Shown piece after piece: positions 12,275-24,665 of a stretch of DNA of 64,000 nucleotides. Where the stretch lies: contig NC_135809.1 of NCBI RefSeq assembly GCF_964213995.1, positions 38,440,001 to 38,504,000 of the forward strand, in the 5' to 3' direction. The position numbers were made by a program, and so were the translations under genes. The notes beneath the pieces were generated by a model that had not been told where the DNA came from, did no database searches, and saw only the letters and a list, made by a program, of their open reading frames with translations. Numbering within the stretch: position 1 is the first letter of the stretch; the number at the start of each line of letters is the position of its first letter. The DNA comes from Mustelus asterias. Taxonomy: Eukaryota.

Positions 12275-13230
12275 ATACTGCAGCATGACCTGGACAACAT
12301 TCAGGCTTGGGTTGATAAGTGACAAGTAATATTCATGCCACATAAGTGCCAGGCAATGACTATCTCCAACAAGAGAGAATCCAACCATCTCCTCTTGACA
12401 TTCAATAGCATTACCATCACTGAATCCCCACCATCAATATCTTAGGGGTTACCATTGACCAGAAACTGAACTGGACCAGCCATATAAATACTGTAGATAC
12501 AAGAACAAGACAAAGGCTGGGAATTCTGCAGAGAGTAACTCACCTCCTGACTCCTCAAAGCCTATCTGCCATCTAAAAAGTACAAGCTAGAAAGTGCGCT
12601 GAAATAATTTCCACTTGTCTGGGTAAGTGCAGCTCCAACATTTAAGAAGCTTAACACCAGCCAGAACAAAGCAGCCCACTTGACTGGCACCCCACCCATC
12701 ACCTTCAACATCCACTCCCTCCACAGACACACGGTATGTACCATTCATAAGATGTACTGCAGCAAGGATCCTTCGACCAACGCCTTTTGAACCCGCAATC
12801 TCTACCAAGAGCAGCAGATATATGAGAACACCACCACCTGCAAGTTCCCGTCCAAATCACTCACCATTCTGACTTCAAAATATATTGCTGCGCCTTCACT
12901 GTCACTCGATCAAAACCCTGGAACTCCTTCCTGAAACAGCACTGTGGGTGTATCTATACGGTAAGAAGTCTCACAACACCAGGTTAAAGTCCAACAGGTT
13001 TATTTGGTAGCAAATTTGCTACCAAATAAACCTGTTGGACTTTAACCTGGTGTTGTGAGACTTCTTACCGTGTTCACCCCAGTCCAACGCCGGCATCTCC
13101 ACATCATGTGTATCTATACCACATGGACTGCAGTGGTTCAAGAAGGTAGCTCACCACCATTTTCTCAAGGACAATTAGGGATGGGTAATAAAAATGCTGG
13201 CCTACCCAGCAATGCCCAAGTCCTTTGAAA
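12275..13230 (+). mobile_element. CR1-group LINE 3' portion, interrupted at 12960-13107
   Basis: Decayed LQHDLDNIQAWVDK*QVIFMPHKCQAMTISNKR RT C-terminus and 3' end 'caccaccattttctcaaggacaattagggatggg'. Confidence 0.75.
12960..13107. mobile_element. Perfect 110-bp palindromic Penelope pLTR-end insertion plus tail
   Basis: 12960-13069 is a spacer-less palindrome centred on gcaaa|tttgc. TSD GTGTATCTATAC (12948-12959 / 13108-13119). Confidence 0.85.
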
Positions 13231-13407
13231 AATGAAACACCCATTGTCTCCACTGAATGCCCATTTTGTGTGATTTAACCCTTATTTTAAATAGCTTGAA
13301 AATTGCGAGAGCATGTGCTCATACTTTTAACATGCATGCATTCCCAATAGGTAAGCCTGCCTGCCAAAGGGTGTCATGTTATAGGGCTGAGCAGTGCAAA
13401 TTGCAAT

Positions 13408-13842
13408 GATTTGATTTGATTTGATTTATTATTGTCACATATATAAGTATACAGTGAAAAGTATTGTTTCTTGTGTGCTATACAAAGCACACCGTTCATA
13501 GAGAAGGAAATGAGAGAGTGCAGAATGTCGTGTTACAGTCATAGCTAGGGTGTAGAGAAAGATCAACTTAATGTGAGGTAAGCCCATTCAGAAGTCTGGT
13601 GGCAGCAGGGAAGAAGCTGTTCTTGTGTCGGTTGGTACGTAACCTCAGACTGTTGTATCTTTTTCCCGACAGAAGAAGGTGGAAGAGTGGATGTCAAGGG
13701 TGTGTGGAGTCCTTAGTTATGCTGGCTGCTTCGCCGAGGGAGCAGAGTCAATGGATGGGAGGCTGATTTGTGTGATGGATTGGGCTACATTCACAACCTT
13801 ATGTAGTTTCTTGCGATAAATCAAATCAAATCAAATCAAATC
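13408..13842 (-). mobile_element. LINE 3' fragment (probably Rex1/Babar) bounded by inverted (TTTGA)n / (TCAAA)n
   Basis: 'gatttgatttgatttattattgtcac' tail on the left, 'agcagggaagaagctgttc' body, and (tcaaa)n on the right. Confidence 0.5.
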
Positions 13843-15770
13843 TTGGACCGGGGCAGGGGAAATAGGGGCTGGCCCTGAGAGATCCGGGGAGGCCAGCGAT
13901 CGGGGGTAGTGGGTATTTAGAATTTTTTGGGAGAATCCCAGCCTCCATGTTTCGATTCCCACTAAAGGACTTAGTCCTCAGATTGGATAATTTTACCCAG
14001 CGTGTTGTGGTTTTTGTTTAATCAGAATCCTGAGCCAAGATTAGAGTAATACATGCCAACCACCAACATTTTCTGGTGATTTTAATGTCTTGGGGGCTCA
14101 CAAAGCAAGCCAATAGCAATAACTCACAATGGTCAAGCTCCTCTCAATCTGAGTTTGCAGCCTATGTGTACTATAGGTGGAAACTTCTGTAAAGTGAGGC
14201 CACAATGCTGATAATTAGAGCAGGGAATACTCTTGAATGGAAACAGGGTTGTATGCTAACCACTAGACTGAGATATGGGCAGGGGGAAATGGGCAACAGA
14301 AGAAGAGAACAGGTTTGGATAGCAGTGAAGGAGGAGGTAGAAGAAAGTATATCAGTGCAGGAGAGGAGAATGGACAATAGTGAAAGAATAGGGGGAGGAG
14401 GGACAGTGGTAAATGAGTGAAAGGAAAATGGATGGAAATGGATTTTACAATAAAATTTTCAAATTTTCCATTTTTAAAAATCAGAATTTAATAATTATGA
14501 AGTAACAATAAGCATAAAGTGAAGCAGAACACATAACTTTAGTAATGAAATCCAGTATGTTTCTGAACCCCCAAATCCCATAATGATGACTGATTGATTT
14601 ACTCCCTAAGATTTTCTTCTTTCTCTCATCCCTTAGCTTGGACAGTAAACAACTCCTCATTCTCGATAATAACCAATATCATTTATACATTCATTCTAAC
14701 CTAGAACCCCCAATTCTCTGGAGCTTTCCCCCTTCTTCTACCCATGTTTTCCAAGTTAACTTTACCTATAAGATTCACTTCAACTCTCTTGCTTCCATTT
14801 TCACTCCTAACTTCAGTGAAGGTCTGATTTTATTTCAGATTTCCAGCATTCACAATATTTTGCGGTTGTCCTTTTCCTAGTTTCTTTGCTAGCTAATATT
14901 GCCTACGACTTGAGCAACTCAATTTAACTAACCCTGTTTTTGTAAAACCTTTATTTCAGCAACATCAGATAATGGCTCCCTGCTGTGCTCTCAACAGCTG
15001 TGCAGTAATGTGCCCCACACCATTTCTTCTTCTTGTTCTTACCTTTGTCCCTCTCCAGCACGTTAATGAGTCCCTGAACAAGTTTAGCAGCCAGTTAATT
15101 GGAGGTGCGTGAGTTGTTCGTTCCCCCACTACTGCCATTGCTTTGAAAATTCCAGTCCATCCTGGAGGCTTCAGAAGACTGAAATGCCATCTGGGAGCAC
15201 CATTTCAAATTGTGCCTACACCCAGCCTTGCCCTTACAAGCTCACTCCATCCTGCCCATACTCTGATATCATCTATTATCTCCATCACTCCTCTCAACCC
15301 ATCAACTGCCTCTGCACTGTCAGACTAGTTATCTGATTCACAATTTCCTTTAGCTCATGAGAATGAATTGAGTCATCACCTTCTTCCCCACTACAAATTC
15401 TGCTCTCTTGCATCAACTCCATCCTCCCTTCCCCCTATTGGATACTAGTCTCACTCAGATCAAAATCTTGAGGCCCTGTTCAAAATGCCATTTATTTTCT
15501 TATACAAAGGCTACATTTCATATGTTTGAATCTACCTTAGCCCCTTTAGTACTTAAACCCTGATATTCACCATAATGACTCAGGAAGCCCGACTGGAAAG
15601 GGACATAGTTTATTAATGCAAAGTAAAACCACTGCTGTGGTGTACACACACTAGTCCCTGCCTGGCACTACCATTCAGCAGGCCCAGTCTGGTTGTTGTT
15701 GCTGTTTGAAATGCAATCGTTAAGTTGTAATTGTTTTATACAAATAAAAACATATTATTTCCTCATAAGT

Positions 15771-15776
15771 TTTATT
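15771..15776 (-). terminator. Candidate ASCL4 polyadenylation signal (AATAAA on minus strand)
   Basis: TTTATT on the plus strand ~560 nt past the ASCL4 stop, in AT-rich context. Other candidates exist (e.g. 15609). Confidence 0.4.
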
Positions 15777-16335
15777 TCTGCACTATACAATAGTCTTGAA
15801 TTTCATTAGATCTGGTTTTGTGAAGAAGGGTTGTTTTGTGTAAACATGCTGTTCAGTATCTGCATCATATCCGGACCTCAGTCATGAACAAAGTTTCTGT
15901 TTCTCTCCTCCGTCCTCTTCCAGACTTCTTATATATGGTTATTGCTTTGAGGAAGGTGAGAGAAATAATTGAGCTTCCAGTTGAAAATGTCACTGTGCGC
16001 AATCTCTAAAACAGTATCCATTGCCTGCACATCAAGCTGTTGTCCAAAATTGTCTTTGCTATGTTACACTTCGTGAATTTTATATTTAAAAGCTACGTGA
16101 GACTCTTGCGCGTTCTGCCTGCCTGTTGCCCTCTGTTTACCCGCCAATCTGCGGAGGTGCATTGATTTGATGACAAAGCATTAATGATGCATGAATGAGG
16201 AATGTATTACATACTGCAGGTCAGGAAGGGTCACTGCATGGAAGAGATGTATAGCTTGTCCGAAAAAAAGGTCTGGCAATCTGTAGTGGGTGACTGTACG
16301 TGAAATGGGTTGGATCTATTGCATCAACTAGTTGG

Positions 16336-16896
16336 TTAGCTGCTTAGCTCACCAAGATCACTGAAGGGTGAAGAGGATTTAGACTCTCCATCACTATTGC
16401 CTTCTCTTCTTGGTGCAGGACAGGGAAGCTTATGAATCTCCACAGCCCTCGGAGATAGTGACCCTCTCTCCTTAGTCTCTGAAGGGTTCAGTAACTCCTG
16501 AAGGTGTTTGATGTAGCTGATAGCAGCCCTTAAGGTCTCCACTTTGCTCAGTCTTTTGTCTGCAAAATCTTCCGGGAGATGCTCCCTGAGTCGTGCATAG
16601 CCTTCATTGACATAGCGCACCCTCTGCCGCTCCCTTTCATTGCGTTTCCTGATAAAAGCTGGCTCAAAGGAATAATCATAGATGCCCAAGTGGCTGTGAA
16701 AAGGTAGGTAAGACAGCCTGTTGGCATATCCTTCACAATATGTGCCATCCAGATATGCAGGATCAACAGGAAAAGATAATGGCAAACCCTCTGCAAAGGG
16801 CATCGCAAGGCAGTCATGTACCCTAGCCATGGGCATCCCAATGGGTCTTGGGTAGGGAATTCTTTCCAGTGATGATCCTCGCTGATCGCCATCCAT
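16336..16896 (-). CDS. ASCL4: Achaete-scute family bHLH transcription factor 4, 186 aa, single coding exon
   Basis: bHLH EPAFIRKRNERERQRVRYVNEGYARLREHLPEDFADKRLSKVETLRAAISYIKHLQELL is of the ASCL3/4/5 class, and the gene is divergent from PRDM4 as in human. The track start at 16977 is TTG with an in-frame TGA upstream; the first ATG (GAAATGG) is at 16896. A splice acceptor 'ttttattttag' lies at ~17106. Confidence 0.88.
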   Translation of the reverse strand: MDGDQRGSSLERIPYPRPIGMPMARVHDCLAMPFAEGLPLSFPVDPAYLDGTYCEGYANRLSYLPFHSHLGIYDYSFEPAFIRKRNERERQRVRYVNEGYARLREHLPEDFADKRLSKVETLRAAISYIKHLQELLNPSETKERGSLSPRAVEIHKLPCPAPRREGNSDGESKSSSPFSDLGELSS

Positions 16897-17512
16897 TTCA
16901 GATTCAAGTATCTGCAGCTCACTTCCAACTTTATGGCAATTTGCCGTCAACAGTTGTGTAAAAGTTTCAAATGTCAATTTTCCTTGTTTGAACTTCTCAA
17001 ATACACCTCATGTTACACTAGTCTCTTTCAAACTTCAGAAAAAAGATGGATAAACATTAAATAGTGCAGAAGCTGTTCTGTGTGTCCTTGATGGAGTAGT
17101 TTGTCCTAAAATAAAAATGCAGAGTGTAAGTTACACCAAAAGAAACTTAAATTAGCTTGCTCTGAGTTTTTGTCAGTACTTAACTTCTCACAGCATTTGT
17201 TGCCATCATGTACATGATATTATAGCAAACAATGTTTTAACACTTTGGTAGAAATAACACTTATTTTGTTTGTTACATATAAGACCAAATGACTCATAAA
17301 TTAAACTTGGTGGTTACTGAGAATTAAAGACCTGGTCTAATTACCCTGGGGTAGTAACCATGACTTACTGTGTGGCCTAGCAACCCAAGGTCTAGAAGGT
17401 TGCTCCTTACACTATGCTTGTAAGGAGATGTTTTGAATAAATGTTATTTGTTCACCTGTTCTCAATTGCAAAATTGGAGGGGAATTTAACTCTTCCCTAC
17501 CCAGCAGAAATA

Positions 17513-17650
17513 GGGAGATGGGGAGGAAGAGAGGGAGACGATGGGGAGGAAGAGAGGGAGACGATGGGGAGGAAGAGAGGGAGACGATGGGGAGGAAGAG
17601 AGGGAGACGATGGGGAGGAAGAGAGGGGGACGATGGGGAGGAAGAGAGGG
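17513..17650. repeat. 23-bp purine-rich tandem repeat (GGGAGACGATGGGGAGGAAGAGA) x~6
   Basis: Directly visible. Confidence 0.95.
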
Positions 17651-19545
17651 GTGGAGAGGAGGAGGGAAAGGGGGTGGTCAGTTCAAATTAATCTGGAAAC
17701 TTACCTGCTGACCAAGGACACCCATGCAAAGCAAATGGGGTCCTTGTTTCAATATGCAGAATGAGTCCAGATGACACAATTCGGACCCTACTACAACATT
17801 AACCACTGGATGACCTACCCTGGGAAACCAAACTGCTTGGAACACGAACCATGGTTAGAAAGGGTCAAGCAAGTTAGGATTTTTAAAAAAGTTTTTTTTT
17901 CTGCAGTACAGGAGGGAAATGAGTGCAAGGATGAACCTCATGAGGAAACTTTGAACAACCCTGCTCTGGGCCTCCATTTCCCTCCAACCTCTACCACTCT
18001 CCCCAAAAGTTATGATCACCTTTGCACCCCCCCCCCCCCCCCTTCCCTGGCCTGATGCCAGGTACCATTGCCTATGGGTCCCAGGCTTCTTGCCACCCAA
18101 AATCCATTCCTGCCTGCTGGCCTCCTTGGTATTCCCATTGAGTTCCGCTACAAATTTGTCCTGTAGAACATTAAAATCAGCTCAGCCTCCCCGTTGTGCT
18201 CCTGGACAGGTCAGCCATTCACGAGGTAATATTCACACCCAAGAGGATCCAACATCTTTGCACAATATGAAAAATAATCCTTACTTATAATGTTGTTCTA
18301 AAGCTACTTTAAATCACCATTCTGCCTTAAGACTGGATGATCTACTGTTCACCCTCACTGTTAATTATTTAGTAATTAAGCATTTAATTGCATTCAGGTG
18401 GTGGGCATTAACTGGGGTTTCACCTGTGCTCCTATAGATAACAGCAGATTGAAACTGTCATTGATGGATTTGGAAGTTTTGTTCTTAATGTGTATAAATG
18501 GCTCATAAAGTGTGTGAAAAATATGGTACCATGTCTACCCTTAACCGCCTGGCTTTCAGATTCACAAGACACTCACCAACTTGAACAAATATACTTTCAA
18601 GAATACTCCAGATCACCAAATTTTCTATAAGTTAAAACAAAAGTCATTTGTTACCTTATTAACTCACACAGATGAGACAGAGGCTGAGACTGTATCAAGA
18701 AAAAGATTATTCAAAGCGAGAGATTGGTAAGCGAGAGATAGTGAAACACTGAAATTCAAGGATAGGTGTGATTTGGAGTCGATTTTGAGTGGACATATAT
18801 TTGTTCGGTCTGAGACATTTTCCCTTGTATCACTGTTTAAATTTCAATTTGCCAATACTGCAAAAGGATATGGTGTCAATCAGTGTAATGGGTTAAATAT
18901 TTTATCTTTTGGGTTTACTGTACGTGGATATTCAGGAAAGGAAGAGATCAAAATGTCTCTGTGCCTCTGCATTAAAATGAGTGGGATTAGAAATAAATCT
19001 TAACAAATAAATGAAGTAAAATGAGAAATGTAACACAATGAAATGCATTGAATTGAAGGTAGACATCAGAGGGTCAAGATGAGAAAGAGGAAATAGTATT
19101 TAATCTGAACACTAGTACTCAGAAAACAAAGGGAATGAAATAAATACTTATTGAGTATCGCAAAGGAGAAAGAAAGCAAAATGTTCAAGTGTCTCTGATT
19201 AGGAAATTTATGTCAACTATTGCAACTTTGGAAAAAAATTCAATATTGAGTTTATACTAAAAAAAACAAGCTTCAGAATTAAATAATAGCACAATCCATC
19301 TGGAGAATTCAGCGATGGAAAACAAGAATCTGAAAAGAATGAAAAAGGGAGAGAACTAGAAAGAAAAGGTTGGAAAAAGACAAGATGTGGATTTTTTTTA
19401 AAAAAATGATAAAGAGAGAGAGAACAATGAAGTAAGATGAAAAGAAAAGGTTGCATAAATAAAAAGAAAGTTTGATGAGAAAAGCACAATACCCAGGAAT
19501 TTTACTTTCAATTGCTGTGATTGTTTTGTGTGCAATTTTTCTTAC

Positions 19546-19880
19546 CTTTGGCTCTAAGATTTTCTGGTCATTTTTACTGTTTGCCTCATTCCCTGTAGCC
19601 TTCCTAAGGGAAACGGGAACACAGTCTTTGATTTCTTAGAGCCTGGAAAATTTTCTAAAGTCTTCCCAGTGTTTGAGCAGCTTTACAAGTTCCTGGTCCA
19701 AAGAGTTGAGGAAAGCTTTGCAAGCGGCAGACGGAGAGCTTCTTCCTCTGTTCTGCAAGGTATACCAAAGACTGTTTCAGGCTCCTGTGTTTTGGGATCA
19801 GATAATTCCACTCAGATCAAAGAGTAGCACAGATTCTTCAGAGCCCTGCCTCCTCCCACCCAGACACTTGGAAAATGTTT
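19546..19880 (-). other. Candidate non-coding 5' exon of ASCL4
   Basis: Non-repetitive sequence ending in a consensus donor AAG|GTAAGA on the minus strand at ~19546/19545. A further donor CAG|GTAAGT lies at ~17704. The 5' boundary is unknown. Confidence 0.3.
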
Positions 19881-20329
19881 GAATAGCGGTGATTGAAATA
19901 ACTTCACTACAGCATAGATCAGTGATCAGATTTCAGTTTTACAGAGTGTATGGCAGAAGAGGTGGGTAAATGAGAAGGAAGCTGGAAAAATCAGACCCGC
20001 AGTCAGAAATATAGAGCTGTAATAATACAAAGACAAATGTATGAAAACATACACATGGTGATGGATGGGAGAGATAGATATAAAAAAGATAGCACAACAG
20101 ATAAACACAGATGGAAACATTAATAAAGATAGATACAAAGTGGTAGCTAAAGTGAGAGACGGAAGGCTAGACAGATTGGTAGAAAAATGTTCACCAGACA
20201 GGTTATGATGATGAGGACAGTACTTTGTTAGAATATTAGCTGATTACACTCCAGTTTTTTAAAAATGATTTTTGCTGCGCCATGGCAGCTTCTGTCTCCT
20301 AAGACGTTGTGGTGGTCAACTCTGTGTTG

Positions 20330-21560
20330 AGCATCACCTGGTGTGTCCCAGAAGCACCACTCTGACATGTCAGTCTCTGCTGCATTTGTTGCAGAAGACA
20401 ACAGTGGCCTGAGAAGGTGCACGATTCACTGGTCTCTGTTTTCTCTGGGCCCTCAACCAGGTGAGTTTTTCATTTCTGCTCCCCCCTTCCAATACCCTTC
20501 AAAACAGTCAGCCTCCAGAGGTCACAGCTGTCAGTGACTGTCTCCCAGTTGTCAGCGTCAGTGTCTCATCTTCATATTTCACTGCAGGTGTTCTCGTAGC
20601 AGAGATATTAATACCCAGGAGGTCATGATCTGGTGTCCAATTCACTGGACAGGAGGGCATACAGCTGTCAACCATTGGATGAACGTGGTTGAGTAAGCGC
20701 AGATGTTGTTGGTTTAGCAGTGAGTGGACGCTGATGGAATTACCATACTCCAGGACCTCTGATAACCGTGTCCTGTCAAAAGATGCAAAGGATATGTCTG
20801 AGACAGTGAAGGTAGAAACTGTTTATCTTCTTCCTCCATCTAGCATATATTGTTCAGCTCTCACTGCTAAGAATGCAGTCTTGGAAACTGGTGATTTTCT
20901 GTCCTCAGTCAGGTTGCTGTTGTTCCACATTCTCTTACTTAGCATGGACATAACGGCTGCAGCTTTTGCAATATGTGAGTTGATTTCAGCATCAAGTGAC
21001 AGATTGTTGTTGAGCTTAGATATGTGAAGCTATCCACAACCTCCAACGGTCACATTGTCAATGTTGATTGATGGTATGGCAACATCCTGGACGAGGACAT
21101 TTATCCTCCTGATGCTGATAATCAAACCAAATCTTTTTGCAGGCATGATAGAGTCTGCCGCTGAAGAGGTTCCTCGGGATGGAATGGTAGTGTGACATTG
21201 TCAGTGAAAAGCGTCTCTCTGATGAGGACTTTCTCTTGGATCTCAGGTGAGCAAAGCTGAGCAGCTTCCTGTCAGTTCTGGTGTATAAGTAGACATCCTC
21301 TGTGGGTGACCTGAAGGAAGTCTCACAACACCAGGTAAAAGTCCAACAGGTTTATTTGGTAGCAAAAGCCACTAGCTTTCGGAGTGCTGCTCCTTCGTCA
21401 GGTAAGTGGGAGACCTGAAAGCACAGGACAGCAGCCAAGAGACGAATATACCAAAGAGTACCAGTGCCAGAACACAACCCTGTTTGACCCACTGCTAACC
21501 TCAAAGGCTTTTGATGTTGCACTCTTATGGGAGAAGATGTGTCCTGGCAAGCAACATGAA
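20330..21560 (-). mobile_element. RTE-clade LINE remnant, interrupted by a Penelope pLTR piece at 21316-21411
   Basis: Minus-strand peptides: frameshifted 'AFEVSSG..KQGCVLA..LFGIF', 'SLDAEINSHIAKAAAVMSMLSKRMWNNSNLTEDRK' and 'SVHSLLNQQHLRLLNHVHPM', all typical of RTE ORF2. Confidence 0.75.
21316..21411 (-). mobile_element. Penelope pLTR fragment with hammerhead motif (21369-21409)
   Basis: Minus strand reads cttac-CTGACGA-a-GGAG..CTCC-GAAAGCTA-gtgg. Flanking direct repeat GACCTGAA (21308-15 / 21412-19). Confidence 0.75.
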
Positions 21561-22794
21561 AACCACAGCACCATCGTTTAATGGTAGTCCTGAGTATTTT
21601 TTTCTTCAATGTCAAGCATTTAGTTTTATTGAGTGGAGCACTGCTGCCTCTTGAGGTTGTTCTCTGAGGTAATGGCAGTATCTACATTGCTAAAGTGCAG
21701 CTGCGATCAAGATTTTCCCCATGAGCGATCCTGACATTTAAAATCTCTGACCAGTTGTTTCTTAGTTTCTGCAACACAGAAGGAGTAGGTACCACAGCAT
21801 TGACAACCCAACATATTCTAGAATTCTTTCTTTGTGATATAAAATGAGCATTATATCACGACAGTGCCTTTGAGTTCAGTCAGAGTAAACTGTGAAATTC
21901 TACATAGTTCATTATTTCGGAGATGAGTGTCGTTGGCAGCAGCACTGTATTCTAAAAAGCTCACCTGTCTAACAGTGACAGGACATTGTGAGGTCCCCCA
22001 AAATTACAAGGAAAAAACATCCTACCTTTATATAAATCAGGTGCCACAATCTGGGCTCCATTGTAGAATAAGTGATCACAATTTATTAAAGCTGCCCTGA
22101 ATTTGTTACATTTATCCATAATGAACATTCTAAAAACTATAGGTTCCTGAAATTCCATGACCCACCTTCTGCAAGTCTGGCAGTCCAGCATTTCCACTTA
22201 GCGGACATCCCTGACACTCCCTCATCAGAAATTCCAGAGGCAACTAATTAGAATACTGCCCAATGGGTTAAAGATATAACCAAACCAGTTATATCAGGAG
22301 GCTCAGAAACGTATGGGGGAATAAAAGAAGAGCTTGTATAACTGCTGTATCTGCAATTAAACCAGAGAAAAAACAGTGAACAGAAAGCTCTAGAAATGAG
22401 CAATTGGGAGCTTAATTTAAATGTAACAACTGCTGTATGTGAGTCCAGAAAACCCAGCAGTGAAAGGAAGACAGGAGCAGCTGTCTCAAGAGAATAAGTG
22501 CCTTGTGGGTCAGAAGCAGCAAGAATGTTCTATTCGGCTCCTCTGGAATATTTTCTACCTCCACTGTGTCTATCATGGCCTAACTCCGCCCCCACCCCCC
22601 CAACCCAACCGCCATGATCGTTGATCTTCCTCCTCACTGACCCCTGATCTTTTACTCCCTTCATCTTCACAATTGCTGGGACAGTCAGCAAACATTTGTC
22701 ACTTATGGCTTTTTCTCCCTTGCACCCAGCAGCTAGCCAGCTTGGATGTTAAATTTAATAGAAGCTCCCCATCCCTGTTTGGCTGGGTTTTACT

Positions 22795-22903
22795 CCACTC
22801 ACCTGAAGAAGGGGCTTAGAGCTCCGAAAGCTTGTGTGGCTTTTGCTACCAAATAAACCTGTTGGACTTTAACCTGGTGTTGTTAAACTTCTTACTGTGT
22901 TTA
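22795..22903 (+). mobile_element. Penelope pLTR 3' fragment beginning at a hammerhead motif (22795-22839)
   Basis: ccactcacCTGAAGAaggggcttagagctccGAAAGCTTgtgtgg followed by the pLTR end 'aacctggtgttgttaaacttcttactg'. Confidence 0.75.
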
Positions 22904-23999
22904 CTCTGCTCGCCCACTTCCTCCCATCTCCCTGCAAAATATCAGGGCTTTTGCATGAGCTCCCTAACCCCCATGTCTATCCCCTTGGGTGTAGGAACAA
23001 TTTTAATGGCCTCACAATATAAAGAAGTGTGATAGCCGCAGACTGCTGTCCCTCAATATTGAAAACATGACAGATTAATATTAATCCTAAACATGCAGTA
23101 CAAATTTAAGACAATATACATCTGATCGAAATGTACAGACTCCTTCACCTGGAGCAATTAAACAATATCCTTGGAGAATCCTGCCACGTGTAAGCTTTTT
23201 GATGGTTCATTTTCTCTGTGGGAACTCCATATTATAAGTCATTGGAGCTCTCCAGTAAGTGAATAAACAAATCTGTGACTGAAAGTAACAGCTATTCTGA
23301 TCTCATGTAGGAGAAGATTGAATGGGATCAGTGAGCTACAGGGTGAGAAACAGGAATTAACTCAGCAGCAGAAGACAACTGAGATACTGTTGGCTGCTTT
23401 AGAAGAGGCAACTGAGGAAGGAGATGTGGGAGTCCGTGCTTCCACATTTAGTTTGTGCGGGACAAGTTTTTATTGATGTCAAAAACTTTTTTGTTTGATA
23501 TTCATACTCTGAGGAGATTATTACATAGGCAGGGCAGTGAAGAAATGATGGTTACTGGGAAATTCACTGCATTTCTCTGTCTTTTACTGTTTACAAAGTT
23601 GGAAGTAAGAAAGTAGCTGCCTCCAATTTCAAATGGACCTCACTTCCATTGCTGATGTTGGCTCCAAAACAGTTGTTTCTTCTTTCATGGCAAACAATTC
23701 TACGTGTTGGAATCACACAGTTTCTTCTTACAGTTCATTAATTCCAAGGCTAAAACTGAAAAAACGTCCTTCCTTTCTTTTGCAGATTTGAACTTTAAAA
23801 GCCCCAGCTTGGCTTCATCCTTACTTGTGGTATCTTAGTGAACACTTACTTGCCTGTGCAACATTCGCCACACTGCAAAGATAATTCATTGGATGCAAAG
23901 CGCTTTGCAAGTCCTGAGAATATGACTAAACAACGCAAGCTCTTTCTTTGCTTCCCCAGTAACTTCAGCATTCCTGATACTTTCTCAGCCTGGTCAATC

Positions 24000-24140
24000 A
24001 GTGTCCATTGACCCGGGGATGGGGAATGGAGTCACTTCTGGGGATGGGCAGCAGGGGGAGGCAGTGGGTCGGCGCAGGCGCAGCACGGCTGTGTGGAGAA
24101 GGCGTGGATGTGCGGCTGCGCAGAGTGTCAGGTCAGTGAC
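24000..24140 (+). promoter_or_regulatory. Candidate PRDM4 promoter / first exon
   Basis: Locally GC/CpG-rich, with an NRF1-type site GCGCAGGCGCA at 24072-24082 and a donor CAG|GTCAGT at 24131/24132, 1.7 kb upstream of the ATG exon. Confidence 0.45.
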
Positions 24141-24434
24141 AAACAATCGGGGGAAAGACAACAAAAAAGGAGCAAAGTGAGTGGAGAGAGAGTGAGGAGC
24201 TCGAACCTGGCACATCAGCACAGAGAAGCTAACACAGGGCAGCCTGGCACAGGGCAGCCAGCCAGGCCAGGCTGAGAGGGGCCGCTCACAGCGAGCATCA
24301 CTGCAGAGCCGGCCTGAGGCATTATGAACCCGGTTAAAGAGGCAGCTACCCTGACACCCACACTGAGAGACTGAGCCTGAGCCAGCCTGGGGCTGCCACA
24401 CACACCTACTCTGTGTTAACTTCACTGTACTGAT

Positions 24435-24665
24435 GTGCCCAGCTTGCTGCAGCACCCACTGGGTACCTGGCCTGTTCCAGCACCTGCTGGGTGCCCAGCC
24501 TGTTCCTGCATCCCGCAGGGTGCCCAGCCTGTTCCTGCATCCCGCAGGGTGCCTGGCCTGTTCCTGCATCCTGCAGGGTGCCAGCCTGTGCCAGCCTGTG
24601 CCAGCACCCACTGGGTGCCTGGCCTCTATCTGCATTTGCTCTGTGCCCAGCCTGTGCTTGCACCA
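24435..24665. repeat. 30-bp tandem repeat (GGGTGCCTGGCCTGTTCCTGCATCCCGCAG-like) x~7, degenerate
   Basis: Directly visible. It explains the six-frame ORF cluster at 23994-24798. Confidence 0.9.

Noticed and set aside
16897-16977. N-terminal extension of ASCL4 in the ORF track (MTFETF...)
   Set aside because: It starts at TTG with an in-frame stop shortly upstream. The first ATG in good context is at 16896.
23140-23830. Unique, coding-looking sequence between ASCL4 and PRDM4
   Set aside because: No ORF over 60 aa in the track and no motif recognised.
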